From Candidatus Saccharimonadota bacterium (GTDB lineage: Bacteria > Patescibacteriota > Saccharimonadia > CAILAD01 > BJGX01): DNA of 37,302 bases. Below, one piece after another: positions 1 to 9,096 of the stretch. The DNA lies in assembly GCA_009691435.1 (NCBI GenBank), contig SICO01000003.1, forward strand, positions 1-37,302. The letters are read 5' to 3'. Every line of letters begins with the position of its first letter. Positions within the stretch are counted from its first letter, which is position 1. The notes beneath the pieces are model-generated. The model was not told where the DNA came from. It saw nothing but the letters and a program-made list of their open reading frames with translations, and did not search any database. Both the position numbers and the translations under genes were made by a program.

Positions 1-175
1 TTACGGTATAAAGTGCAAGAGCAAATAGTAGATTTACTAGCCCCTGATTAGAATGATATCTTACAAATTTACTCTTACCTCCGGCAAACAAAGGTACTAG
101 TACCAAAATTCCTAAATAAGCCAATATTCCCATGATTTTGTCGTTTTCACTATTTGATTTTTTTTCTTCTGGCAT
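1..175 (-). CDS. DUF4870/Tic20-like small membrane protein, 5' part (runs off the window)
   Basis: Not in the ORF track. Manual translation from ATG at 175: MPEEKKSNSENDKIMGILAYLGILVLVPLFAGGKSKFVRYHSNQGLVNLLFALALYTV. The 'LAYLG...F.R.H..QG' pattern is typical of DUF4870. GGAGGG SD just upstream. Confidence 0.75.
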   Translation of the reverse strand, partial: MPEEKKSNSENDKIMGILAYLGILVLVPLFAGGKSKFVRYHSNQGLVNLLFALALYTV

Positions 176-225
176 AGACCCTCCATATGATTTATGTTAT
201 TTAATTAATATTAAAACTAATATTT

Positions 226-254
226 ATTATAACCCTAGCCGCTCCTCAAGACAA
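226..254 (-). promoter_or_regulatory. Putative sigma70 promoter for the DUF4870-like gene
   Basis: TTGTCT (254-249), 17-nt spacer, TATAAT (231-226). Confidence 0.5.
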
Positions 255-293
255 GGTCGGGTTGGGCTCATTTTTGATTAAACTAGGAGGTAA

Positions 294-614
294 TTACATC
301 TTGATTTCGATATTGACACCATTTGGCAAACTAAGATTAGTTAGGCTATCAATGGTTTTAGGGGTATGGTCATAAATTTCAATAAGGCGCTTGTGCGTAC
401 GCATTTCAAACTGCTCACGGGCATCCTTGTAGACGTGGGGGCTAGTTAGTACCGTGTATTTATCCTTTTTGGTGGGTAGTGGGATGGGCCCAGCGACATG
501 AGCACCAGTACGAATAGCCGTATCAATAATCTGCTTAGCTGATTGATCAATAATTTTATTGTCATAAGCCTTTAGCTTGATGCGAATTCGTTGCTTTTCT
601 TGTTTTTCTGGCAT
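294..614 (-). CDS. rpsJ: 30S ribosomal protein S10
   Basis: [38 protein letters not shown] motifs. Confidence 0.98.
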   Translation of the reverse strand: MPEKQEKQRIRIKLKAYDNKIIDQSAKQIIDTAIRTGAHVAGPIPLPTKKDKYTVLTSPHVYKDAREQFEMRTHKRLIEIYDHTPKTIDSLTNLSLPNGVNIEIKM

Positions 615-649
615 TTTAGATAAGGTGCTTTCTTTTACTCTTTTATAAC

Positions 650-1834
650 TTACTTGATAATCTTAGTTACTACTCCTGCTCCAACGGTCTTACCACCCTC
701 TCGAATAGCGAAACGTAGACCCTCGTCCATAGCAATTGGTGCAAGTAACTTAACCTTAACGCTAATATTATCTCCAGGCATAACCATCTCTGTACCTTCT
801 GGTAATTCAACCTCACCCGTGACATCAGTAGTTCGGAAGTAGAACTGTGGTTTATAACCCTTAAAAAATGGAGTGTGACGGCCACCTTCATCTTTTTTCA
901 AAACATAAACTTCACAATCAAACTCGGTATGTGGGGTAATTGAACCTGGCTTAGCAAGAACTTGCCCGCGTTCAATATCGTCTCGTTCAACACCACGCAA
1001 TAAAACACCGACATTATCGCCAGCTTGACCTTCGTCGAGTAGTTTTTTGAACATTTCAACGCCTGTTACAACAGTTTTAGTGGTTTTCTTGATGCCGATG
1101 ATTTCAACTTCTTCATTGATATTTACTTTACCCTGCTCAATACGTCCAGTAGCCACGGTACCGCGCCCTTTAATAGAAAAAACATCTTCAATTGGCATTA
1201 AAAATGGCTTATCTAATTCTCGTACAGGCTCAGGTATAAATTCGTCCATTGCCTTCACAAGCTCCATAATGGCATCTTGACTTGCGGCATCACCCTCTAG
1301 GGCTTTTAATGCCGACCCCTTGATAATTGGGGCATCTTTGTCATATTCATACTTTTCTAATAGCTCACGAATTTCGAGTTCTACCAAGGCGGCTAGTTCT
1401 GGGTCGGCCATATCCATCTTGTTCATAAAGACTAAAATTTTAGGTACCCCAACCTGACGAGCCAAAAGAACATGTTCGCGGGTTTGAGGCATAGGACCGT
1501 CGGCAGCCGAAACTACTAAAATAGCTCCATCAATCTGAGCCGCACCAGTAATCATATTCTTAATGTAATCAGCGTGACCTGGCATATCTACATGGGCATA
1601 ATGCCGTTTTTCACTTTCATACTCTTGGTGTGAAGTAGCAATGGTAATACCACGCTCTTTTTCCTCTGGTGCATTATCAATTTGATCATAAGCAACAGGC
1701 TTGTTAATGTCACTAGGTAGTTTGCTAGCTAGTACTGATGTAATAGCAGCTGTTAGGGTAGTTTTACCATGATCAACGTGCCCCATGGTTCCAACATTTA
1801 CGTGTGGCTTATCTCGCTTAAATTTATCTGACAT
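650..1834 (-). CDS. tuf: Elongation factor Tu
   Basis: [36 protein letters not shown]; AAGGAG SD. Confidence 0.99.
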   Translation of the reverse strand: MSDKFKRDKPHVNVGTMGHVDHGKTTLTAAITSVLASKLPSDINKPVAYDQIDNAPEEKERGITIATSHQEYESEKRHYAHVDMPGHADYIKNMITGAAQIDGAILVVSAADGPMPQTREHVLLARQVGVPKILVFMNKMDMADPELAALVELEIRELLEKYEYDKDAPIIKGSALKALEGDAASQDAIMELVKAMDEFIPEPVRELDKPFLMPIEDVFSIKGRGTVATGRIEQGKVNINEEVEIIGIKKTTKTVVTGVEMFKKLLDEGQAGDNVGVLLRGVERDDIERGQVLAKPGSITPHTEFDCEVYVLKKDEGGRHTPFFKGYKPQFYFRTTDVTGEVELPEGTEMVMPGDNISVKVKLLAPIAMDEGLRFAIREGGKTVGAGVVTKIIK

Positions 1835-1923
1835 CGATTCTCCTTTATAATATACTTAAAATTAATTGCATTAGATTTGATTTTTTAGACAATAATAAAA
1901 TTGCCATATTATTAGACCTCCTA

Positions 1924-1952
1924 ATTATAAGGAGTATTTACTGATTTGTAAA
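1924..1952 (-). promoter_or_regulatory. Putative internal sigma70 promoter for tuf-rpsJ
   Basis: TTTACA (1952-1947), 17-nt spacer, TATAAT (1929-1924). Confidence 0.65.
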
Positions 1953-1972
1953 GAGGTAAATTATAAATTACG

Positions 1973-4087
1973 TTAGCGTTTTTCGCCAGCTTCGCGGGAG
2001 GCAGTATACTTACCCTTCAGATCGTCAGCAACATGGCTCGGCACCTCGGCATAATGGTCAAATTGCATGGCATAAGAAGCCCTACCTTGAGTCATGCTCC
2101 TAAGGCTAGTGGCATAGCCAAACATTTCGGCAAGCGGAACATAGGCTTTGATAATTTTAGCACCGCTACGGTCCTCCATAGTATCAACTCGGCCTCTTTT
2201 GGCATTAATATCGCCGATTACATCCCCCATGAACTCCTCAGGCGTAGTAACCTCTACTTCCATCGTTGGCTCCATAATAACAGGGGTGGCTTTTTTAACA
2301 CCTTCCTGGAGTGCCATTGAAGCGGCAATTTTAAAAGCTATTTCAGAAGAATCTACATCATGGTAACTCCCATCGTATAGCTTGCAATGCAAGTCTACTA
2401 CTGGATAGCCAGCAATCACACCATTACGCATGGCTTCCTTAACACCAGCCTCAACAGGTGCAATATATTCTCTTGGTATTGCACCACCGACAATAGCGTT
2501 CTCAAATTCAAATGTGATAGTTTTATCACTATCTTCAGTATGAATAAGCGGGCTAAGTTCTAGATAGACATGCCCATATTGTCCACGACCGCCTGATTGG
2601 CGAACAAATTTATGCTCAATCTGAGTGGTACCCTTAATTGTTTCACGAAAGGCTACCTGTGGTCGGCCTACATTTGCTTCTACCTTAAATTCTCGCTTCA
2701 TTCGGTCTACTAATACTTCCAGATGAAGCTCCCCCATACCAGCAATAATCGTCTGCCCTGACTCTTCGTCGGTACTAACGCGGAAAGTTGGGTCTTCTTC
2801 GGCCAGCCTGCCCAGTGCAATACCCATTTTTTCTTGGTCGGCCTTGGTCTTTGGTTCAATTGCAATATTAATAACAGGCTCTGGGAACTCGATAGATTCT
2901 AAAAGTACTTGGTTAGATTCATCGCAAAGAGTATTGCCAGTAACGGTATTCTTAAGCCCTACAGCAGCGGCAATATCCCCGGCATTAACTTCAGTTACTT
3001 CTACGCGGTTATTGGCATGCATGCGCACAATTCGGCCAATTCGTTCCTTCTCGCCGGTGCTAACATTATAAACATAACTACCCGATTTAAGCGTGCCGGC
3101 ATAAACTCTAAAAAAACATAGTTTACCCACAAACGGATCGGTTGCAATCTTAAAGGCTAAGCCCGCAAAGGGAGCCTCATCACTAATCTCAAGCAATTTA
3201 TCTTCGCCGGTTTTATTATCTGTTGCCAAGGGTGGGGTAACATCTAGGGGGCTTGGTAGATAATCAACAATTAAATCTAAAAGTTTCTCTACAATGACGC
3301 CGCGCCCATCACCACCAGCGACTAAGAAAAAATCACCTCTTAGGACAGATCTACGGATAGCTGATTTAATTTCAGCCTCGGTCAGTTCTACGCCATCAAG
3401 ATATCTTTCCATAATAGCATCATCAGCCTCAATAGCAGCCTCAATAAGATGAGTCCTGTACTTCTCGGCTTTTTCAAGCATATCCTCTGGTATTTTAATT
3501 TCTTTTAGCTCTTTATCGGTGTAATCATTATATTGGTAGGCCTTCATCTCAATAACATCAACGATCCCGTTGATTTGCTGTTCAAAGCCAATTGGCAGAT
3601 GCACTGGATAGGCATGCTTGCTTAATCGTTCGTGGATAGAAGCAAGGCTCTTATAAAAATCGCCGCCTGTTTGATTGATTTTATTGATAAAACAAATTCG
3701 GGGAACTCCATATTTGTCAGCTTGTCGCCAAACAGTCTCAGATTGTGGCTCAACCCCCATCTTGCCATCAAACATTACGCAAGCTCCGTCGAGTACCCTC
3801 AAAGAACGCTCAACCTCAACTGTAAAGTCAATATGCCCTGGGGTGTCGATAATGTTAATAAGCTTACCTTTCCAAAAGCAAGTTGTAGCAGCAGAAGTAA
3901 TAGTTATGCCACGCTCCCGCTCCTGCTCCATCCAGTCCATGGTGGCTTCGCCTTGGTGGACTTCACCTATTTTATGTACCACGCCCGTTCGGTACAGGAT
4001 ACCTTCTGTAACAGTGGTTTTGCCAGCATCAATATGGGCAATGGTCCCCACGTTGCGGATATTCTCTAATGTATATTCACGAGCCAT
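1973..4087 (-). CDS. fusA: Elongation factor G (atypical G4/G5 motifs)
   Basis: [36 protein letters not shown]; str-cluster position. Confidence 0.98.
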   Translation of the reverse strand: MAREYTLENIRNVGTIAHIDAGKTTVTEGILYRTGVVHKIGEVHQGEATMDWMEQERERGITITSAATTCFWKGKLINIIDTPGHIDFTVEVERSLRVLDGACVMFDGKMGVEPQSETVWRQADKYGVPRICFINKINQTGGDFYKSLASIHERLSKHAYPVHLPIGFEQQINGIVDVIEMKAYQYNDYTDKELKEIKIPEDMLEKAEKYRTHLIEAAIEADDAIMERYLDGVELTEAEIKSAIRRSVLRGDFFLVAGGDGRGVIVEKLLDLIVDYLPSPLDVTPPLATDNKTGEDKLLEISDEAPFAGLAFKIATDPFVGKLCFFRVYAGTLKSGSYVYNVSTGEKERIGRIVRMHANNRVEVTEVNAGDIAAAVGLKNTVTGNTLCDESNQVLLESIEFPEPVINIAIEPKTKADQEKMGIALGRLAEEDPTFRVSTDEESGQTIIAGMGELHLEVLVDRMKREFKVEANVGRPQVAFRETIKGTTQIEHKFVRQSGGRGQYGHVYLELSPLIHTEDSDKTITFEFENAIVGGAIPREYIAPVEAGVKEAMRNGVIAGYPVVDLHCKLYDGSYHDVDSSEIAFKIAASMALQEGVKKATPVIMEPTMEVEVTTPEEFMGDVIGDINAKRGRVDTMEDRSGAKIIKAYVPLAEMFGYATSLRSMTQGRASYAMQFDHYAEVPSHVADDLKGKYTASREAGEKR

Positions 4088-4156
4088 AAAAGTAAGATTA
4101 ATCCCTTTCGCTATTATAAATAAATAATGCCGAAATTTCGGCTTAAGTCGGATACT

Positions 4157-4185
4157 ATTCTACCTTATTTTGACTGTCTTAACAA
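4157..4185 (-). promoter_or_regulatory. Putative sigma70 promoter for fusA
   Basis: TTGTTA (4185-4180), 17-nt spacer, TAGAAT (4162-4157); leader hairpin GCCGA-AATT-TCGGC at 4129-4142. Confidence 0.55.
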
Positions 4186-4267
4186 GTAGTATAAGGTAAT
4201 TTACAAAACTCATTCCGCCACACGCTTGCTTGCAATAAAATCAGGCTTTATAGTAAATAATAATAGT

Positions 4268-4301
4268 AAAAAAAGTGAGTCAGGAGGGTAACTCATTTTT
4301 T
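4268..4301 (-). terminator. Intrinsic, possibly bidirectional, terminator after rpsG
   Basis: Minus strand TGAGTTA-CCCTCC-TGACTCA followed by C and T7; T-run also present on the plus strand. Confidence 0.65.
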
Positions 4302-4350
4302 AGAATGTCTCTAGAGAAATACTAGATTACTTTTTTTGTGGTCAGCTTTA

Positions 4351-4827
4351 TTAGTACCTTGCAAAATGTGCGAAGGCTTTGTTGGCTTCGGCCATTTGGT
4401 GAGTGTCTTGCTTTTTCCTAATTGCATCACCTTCATTATTATAGGCTGCAACTAATTCGTGAGCGAGTTTTTGATCAAAGCTTTTGCCCTTTTTCTTGCG
4501 CGCCGATTCTAATATCCAAACCATTGCGTAATGCACCCTACGATCACCTTTTACTTCAATTGGGACCTGATAATTAGCTCCGCCAATACGCTTAGATTTT
4601 ACTTGTACCTGTGGGCTAACGTTTTTAATAGCGCCTTCAAAAACTTCCAAAGGTTCTTTTTTAGTTTTCTCAGAGGCTTGCTGCAAGGCACCATAAACTA
4701 AGTTCTCTGCTAAACGTTTTTTACCATCTAGCATGACCTTGTTAATCATTTTAGTCACCAAAACACTATCATATAACCTATCGGCTAAATGAACTCGTTT
4801 CAGGGATTTAGTAACTTTTCTAGGCAT
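4351..4827 (-). CDS. rpsG: 30S ribosomal protein S7
   Basis: MLDGKK, RIGGANYQVP, MAEANKAFAHF. Confidence 0.98.
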   Translation of the reverse strand: MPRKVTKSLKRVHLADRLYDSVLVTKMINKVMLDGKKRLAENLVYGALQQASEKTKKEPLEVFEGAIKNVSPQVQVKSKRIGGANYQVPIEVKGDRRVHYAMVWILESARKKKGKSFDQKLAHELVAAYNNEGDAIRKKQDTHQMAEANKAFAHFARY

Positions 4828-4830
4828 AGC

Positions 4831-5256
4831 TTACTCTTTTTTGCTCCCACTAGATTTTTTAACACCATACTTGCTTCTACCCTGCTTGCGATTGCTAACA
4901 CCGCCAGTATCAAGGTGTCCTCTCACGATGTGATAACGAACACCGCCAAGATCCTTAACGCGACCGCCACGGACCAAAACAACTGAATGTTCCTGCAAAT
5001 TATGGCCTTCGCCGGGGATGTAGGCAGTAACTTCCATACCATTAGTTAGTCTAACGCGGGCCACTTTACGAAGGGCCGAATTAGGCTTACGAGGGGTCTG
5101 GGTATAAACCTTGATGCAAACTCCGCGCTTAAAAGGGGCAACGCGCTGGGTAGATTGGTTTTTAAGAGAATTAAAAGTCCTGCCTAAAGCCGGTGATTTG
5201 GTTTTGGTTGTCTTGCGCGTACGCGGTTTTCTAATAAGTTGATTAATAGTTGGCAT
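4831..5256 (-). CDS. rpsL: 30S ribosomal protein S12 (start reassigned to ATG at 5256, MPTINQL)
   Basis: [37 protein letters not shown]. Confidence 0.98.
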   Translation of the reverse strand: MPTINQLIRKPRTRKTTKTKSPALGRTFNSLKNQSTQRVAPFKRGVCIKVYTQTPRKPNSALRKVARVRLTNGMEVTAYIPGEGHNLQEHSVVLVRGGRVKDLGGVRYHIVRGHLDTGGVSNRKQGRSKYGVKKSSGSKKE

Positions 5257-5272
5257 AATTTGTAATTTCAAT

Positions 5273-5301
5273 ACTCTAACAGATAAGACTCATCTGGTCA
5301 A
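5273..5301 (-). promoter_or_regulatory. Putative promoter for rpsL-rpsG overlapping the rpoC stop
   Basis: TTGACC, 17-nt spacer ending TGT, TAGAGT. Confidence 0.5.
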
Positions 5302-8300
5302 GCATTCCCTCCACTGTCATCTCTAAAGCCAGTACCGACTGGTATTAATCGGCCAATTATAACATTTTCCTTAAGGCCTCGTAAATTATCAGACTTCCCA
5401 CGAATTGCAGCGCCAATTAATACCCGAGTAGTTTCCTGGAATGATGCAGCCGATAACCAGCTGTCAGCTCCTGTAGAAATTTTCGTAATTGGCATTAAGA
5501 GCAATTCATAAGTAGCTGGTTTTTTACCCTTACTGAGAGCTTTGTCGTTAGCTATGGTCAATGAAGGCTTGGAAACTATGTCACCAGAAATAAACTCTGT
5601 ATCGCCAGGCTCTTCAATCTGGACTCTGCTAAACATCTGCTTAATAATCACTTCGATATGCTTAGCAGCAATAGTCTGGCCTTGGCTTAAATAAATTGCC
5701 TGGACTTCATCGATAACATAACGTTGCACTGCCTCTTCGCTACGAAGTTTTAGCATATCTTGAAGATTAATTGGTCCTTCTGTCAAACGCTGACCTATCT
5801 CTACTCTGTCGCCAGATTTAACCTCAACTGTAACATATTCACCAATAGTGTATTCACGTAACCCGGCACCTAAGTGAGTTAATGATATTTTATCTTTTGT
5901 AACCTTAACTTCACCTGACCCACCGGCCTTGATAGTCCGCTTGCCATCCTTGCTCTGGGCTAATATTTGGCTACGTTCTACTGTTGCCCCTGATTTTACT
6001 TTAGCCTGCATGGTCCCTAATTTATAATCTGTGACTTTTTGATTATCAGGAATAATTATAAGGTTTTGCTTGTTCCCAGCCTTGCGAATTTGAATTGTTC
6101 CTTCCATATCCGCTAGTATGGCATGCCCCTTAGGATTACGAACTTCAAATATTTCTTCAACTCTTGGAAGCCCCTGGGTGATATCTTCAGTAGCAACACC
6201 ACCAGCATGCATGGTACGCATGGTCAATTGAGTCCCTGGTTCGCCAATACTCTGAGCGGCGATTATACCAACCGCCTCACCCTGCCTAACGGGCTTGCCA
6301 GTACCTAGATCTAAGCCATAGCATCTCTCGCAGATTCCCCATAAGCTTTTACACTTCAAAATTGAACGAATCCTAACCTCTTCAATGTCTGTTTCGTCGA
6401 TTGCTTTTGCTTCATCATCTAAGATTAATCCGTTTTTCTTAATAATAACTTGCTTAGTTTTAGGATTAATAATTTTTTCATTAGCGACTCTACCTACTAA
6501 CCAAGCGCCTATTCCGTCTTCACCAGCTGCTTGAGCTTCAGCTCTACTGATAATATAGCCTTCCTTGTCGCCACAATTTTCTTCTGAGATTACAATGTCC
6601 TGGCTAACATCAACCAACCTACGAGTTAAGTAGCCTGACTCGGCAGTTCTTAGGGCGGTATCTGTTAAACCTTTACGGGCACCATGAGTACTAATAAAGT
6701 ATTCAAGAATCGAGAGCCCATCTTTATAATTAGATCGAATTGGTAACTCAATAGTTCTGCCAGATGGATTAAGCATCAACCCAAGCATTCCAGCCATCTG
6801 GTTAACCTGTGCCATAGTAGCACGGGCTCCAGAGTCTATATCTAATGTTAATGTCGATTCACTTTTACCGAGTGTCTCAACTAGTGATTTTTCAACTGCC
6901 TCACCGACATCCTTCCAGGCGGTAATAGTCTTATGGTAACGCTCATCGTCCGTAATCAAGCCCTGGTCATACTGGCTGGCGAAACTAACAACTTTCTCTT
7001 CCCCCTGCGCAATAATATTAGCGCGGTCCGGAGGGACAACTAGGTCATCCATCCCAATTGAAATACCCGACAATGTTGCATACTCAAAACCTAAATCTTT
7101 CACTGCGTCTGAAAGTTTTGCTGTTTCGTCTGGCCCAAAATTAACGAATACTTCAGCCATGACTTTCTTTAGCTTAGATTTAGTCATCATATCATTCTGG
7201 AATGCCATTCCTGTCGGCAAGACCTCATTGAATAATAGCCTTCCGGTAGATGTCTCAACTAACTGATTGTTAACGCGAACGCTAATTTTGGCTCGTAAAT
7301 CAACGGCGCCGCCTTGATGCGCCATAATGGCGATGTCAGAATTTTCAAATATTTTACCTTCACCTTTAGAGCCAGGCTTGATAGATGTCATAAAATAGCA
7401 ACCAAGTACAATGTCTTTGCTAGGATTAACGACTGGCTCGCCAGATGATGGCTTCAGTAGGTTATGCCTGGAAAGCATGATATCCTTCGCTTCTGCCTGT
7501 GCGGCCTTACCAAGCGGAACATGAACGGCCATTTGGTCACCATCGAAATCAGCATTAAAAGCTGCACAAACCATTGGGTGCAACTGGATGGCTTTACCTT
7601 CAATTAAGATTGGCTTAAAGGCTTGTATGCCTAGGCGATGCAGGGTAGGCGCTCTATTTAAAAGCACGTACTTATCGGCGATTACTTCATCTAGTGTATC
7701 CCAGACTTCCGACTTAGATCTCTCGATCATGCGCGATGCACTCTTAACATTATGGGCATAACCTGCGTCAATTAGACGGCCAATTACAAAAGGTTTGAAT
7801 AGTTCTAAGGCCATCATCTTTGGAATACCACACTGGTCTAGCTTAAGATGGGGACCAATTACTATTACTGAACGACCTGAATAATCAACACGCTTACCGA
7901 GTAAGTTTTGACGGAATCGGCCTTGCTTACCTTTCAGTAAATCTGTCAGACTCTTAAGTTTCTTGCGGCTCCCAGTAGCTGAAACAGCTCTATCTCGCCG
8001 AGCATTATTATCAATTAGGGCATCAACTGCCTCCTGCAACATACGCTTTTCATTGCGGCATATTACTTCTGGCGCTTGCAAACGATAAAGCTTTTTGAGC
8101 CTATTATTACGATTAATAACCCGACGATACAAGTCATTTAAATCAGAGGCAGCAAACCGACCTCCGTCTAATTGCACCATTGGCCGGAGATCTGGTGGGA
8201 TTACTGGTAGTTCTGTAGTAATCAACCACTCTGGTCGTAGCTCTGCCTGTAGCATGCCCTCTACGAGCTTTAGCCTTTTTAGGGCTTTCTTCTTTTTCTG

Positions 8301-9092
8301 ACCAATACTTGATATTGATTCTTCCCTTAATTTTTTGATAAGTTTCTTAAGGTCTATCTCGGAGAGTAGTTGCAAGATAGCTTCAGCCCCAATAGTAGCC
8401 TTAAAGATATGCCCAAACTTTTGGTTAAGTTCGCGGTAACGACTCTCTGGTAATAGCTCATATTTAGCAAAATTTGTAAGGTCTGATTTAGCAGCTGTAT
8501 AGGTGTTATCTAGCTCGGCCAGCACGCTAATTGCCTCATCACTCAAAACTTCTTTTTCTGGTTTTTTAATTTTATACTTAGCTAAAATATCCTTACGGCG
8601 AGTTTTAAAATCTACTTCAAGTTCTTTAAGAGCTTCAACTTTAGCTTTTTCATCGACTTCTGTAACAATAAAATTAGCAAAATAAACTACTCTTTCTAGG
8701 TCGCGTACCCCGAGATTAAGTAATAAACTAATTGGGCTAGGTGTACCTCTTAAAAACCAAATATGGGTAACTGGCACGGCTAGCGTAATATGGCCCATTC
8801 GCTCGCGCCTAATAATACTGCGTGTAATTAATACACCGCATTTATCACAGCTAATTCCCTTATAACGAATTCCCTTATACTTTCCGCAATAGCATTGCCA
8901 ATCTTTAGATGGACCAAAGATTTTTTCACAAAATAGACCATCTTTTTCAGGCTTTTGAGTTCGATAGTTAATAGTTTCTGGCTTAGTTATCTCGCCATGC
9001 GACCAACCTAAGATTGTTTCTGATGAAGCCACCGAAAGGCGAATAGCATCAAAGTCAAGGATCATCGTTTGTTCATTTAAGTTTTTATTCAT
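5298..9092 (-). CDS. rpoC: RNA polymerase beta' subunit
   Basis: NADFDGD catalytic motif, CYCGKYK...CDKC zinc site, GKRVDYSGRSVI, GEPGTQLTMRT. Confidence 0.99.
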   Translation of the reverse strand: MNKNLNEQTMILDFDAIRLSVASSETILGWSHGEITKPETINYRTQKPEKDGLFCEKIFGPSKDWQCYCGKYKGIRYKGISCDKCGVLITRSIIRRERMGHITLAVPVTHIWFLRGTPSPISLLLNLGVRDLERVVYFANFIVTEVDEKAKVEALKELEVDFKTRRKDILAKYKIKKPEKEVLSDEAISVLAELDNTYTAAKSDLTNFAKYELLPESRYRELNQKFGHIFKATIGAEAILQLLSEIDLKKLIKKLREESISSIGQKKKKALKRLKLVEGMLQAELRPEWLITTELPVIPPDLRPMVQLDGGRFAASDLNDLYRRVINRNNRLKKLYRLQAPEVICRNEKRMLQEAVDALIDNNARRDRAVSATGSRKKLKSLTDLLKGKQGRFRQNLLGKRVDYSGRSVIVIGPHLKLDQCGIPKMMALELFKPFVIGRLIDAGYAHNVKSASRMIERSKSEVWDTLDEVIADKYVLLNRAPTLHRLGIQAFKPILIEGKAIQLHPMVCAAFNADFDGDQMAVHVPLGKAAQAEAKDIMLSRHNLLKPSSGEPVVNPSKDIVLGCYFMTSIKPGSKGEGKIFENSDIAIMAHQGGAVDLRAKISVRVNNQLVETSTGRLLFNEVLPTGMAFQNDMMTKSKLKKVMAEVFVNFGPDETAKLSDAVKDLGFEYATLSGISIGMDDLVVPPDRANIIAQGEEKVVSFASQYDQGLITDDERYHKTITAWKDVGEAVEKSLVETLGKSESTLTLDIDSGARATMAQVNQMAGMLGLMLNPSGRTIELPIRSNYKDGLSILEYFISTHGARKGLTDTALRTAESGYLTRRLVDVSQDIVISEENCGDKEGYIISRAEAQAAGEDGIGAWLVGRVANEKIINPKTKQVIIKKNGLILDDEAKAIDETDIEEVRIRSILKCKSLWGICERCYGLDLGTGKPVRQGEAVGIIAAQSIGEPGTQLTMRTMHAGGVATEDITQGLPRVEEIFEVRNPKGHAILADMEGTIQIRKAGNKQNLIIIPDNQKVTDYKLGTMQAKVKSGATVERSQILAQSKDGKRTIKAGGSGEVKVTKDKISLTHLGAGLREYTIGEYVTVEVKSGDRVEIGQRLTEGPINLQDMLKLRSEEAVQRYVIDEVQAIYLSQGQTIAAKHIEVIIKQMFSRVQIEEPGDTEFISGDIVSKPSLTIANDKALSKGKKPATYELLLMPITKISTGADSWLSAASFQETTRVLIGAAIRGKSDNLRGLKENVIIGRLIPVGTGFRDDSGGNA

Positions 9093-9096
9093 TGGA

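Noticed and set aside
1845-1907. Short uORF in the tuf leader ([20 protein letters not shown]); a similar 20-aa frame exists in the nusA leader
   Set aside because: No SD and no informative codon bias; ORFs of this length arise easily by chance
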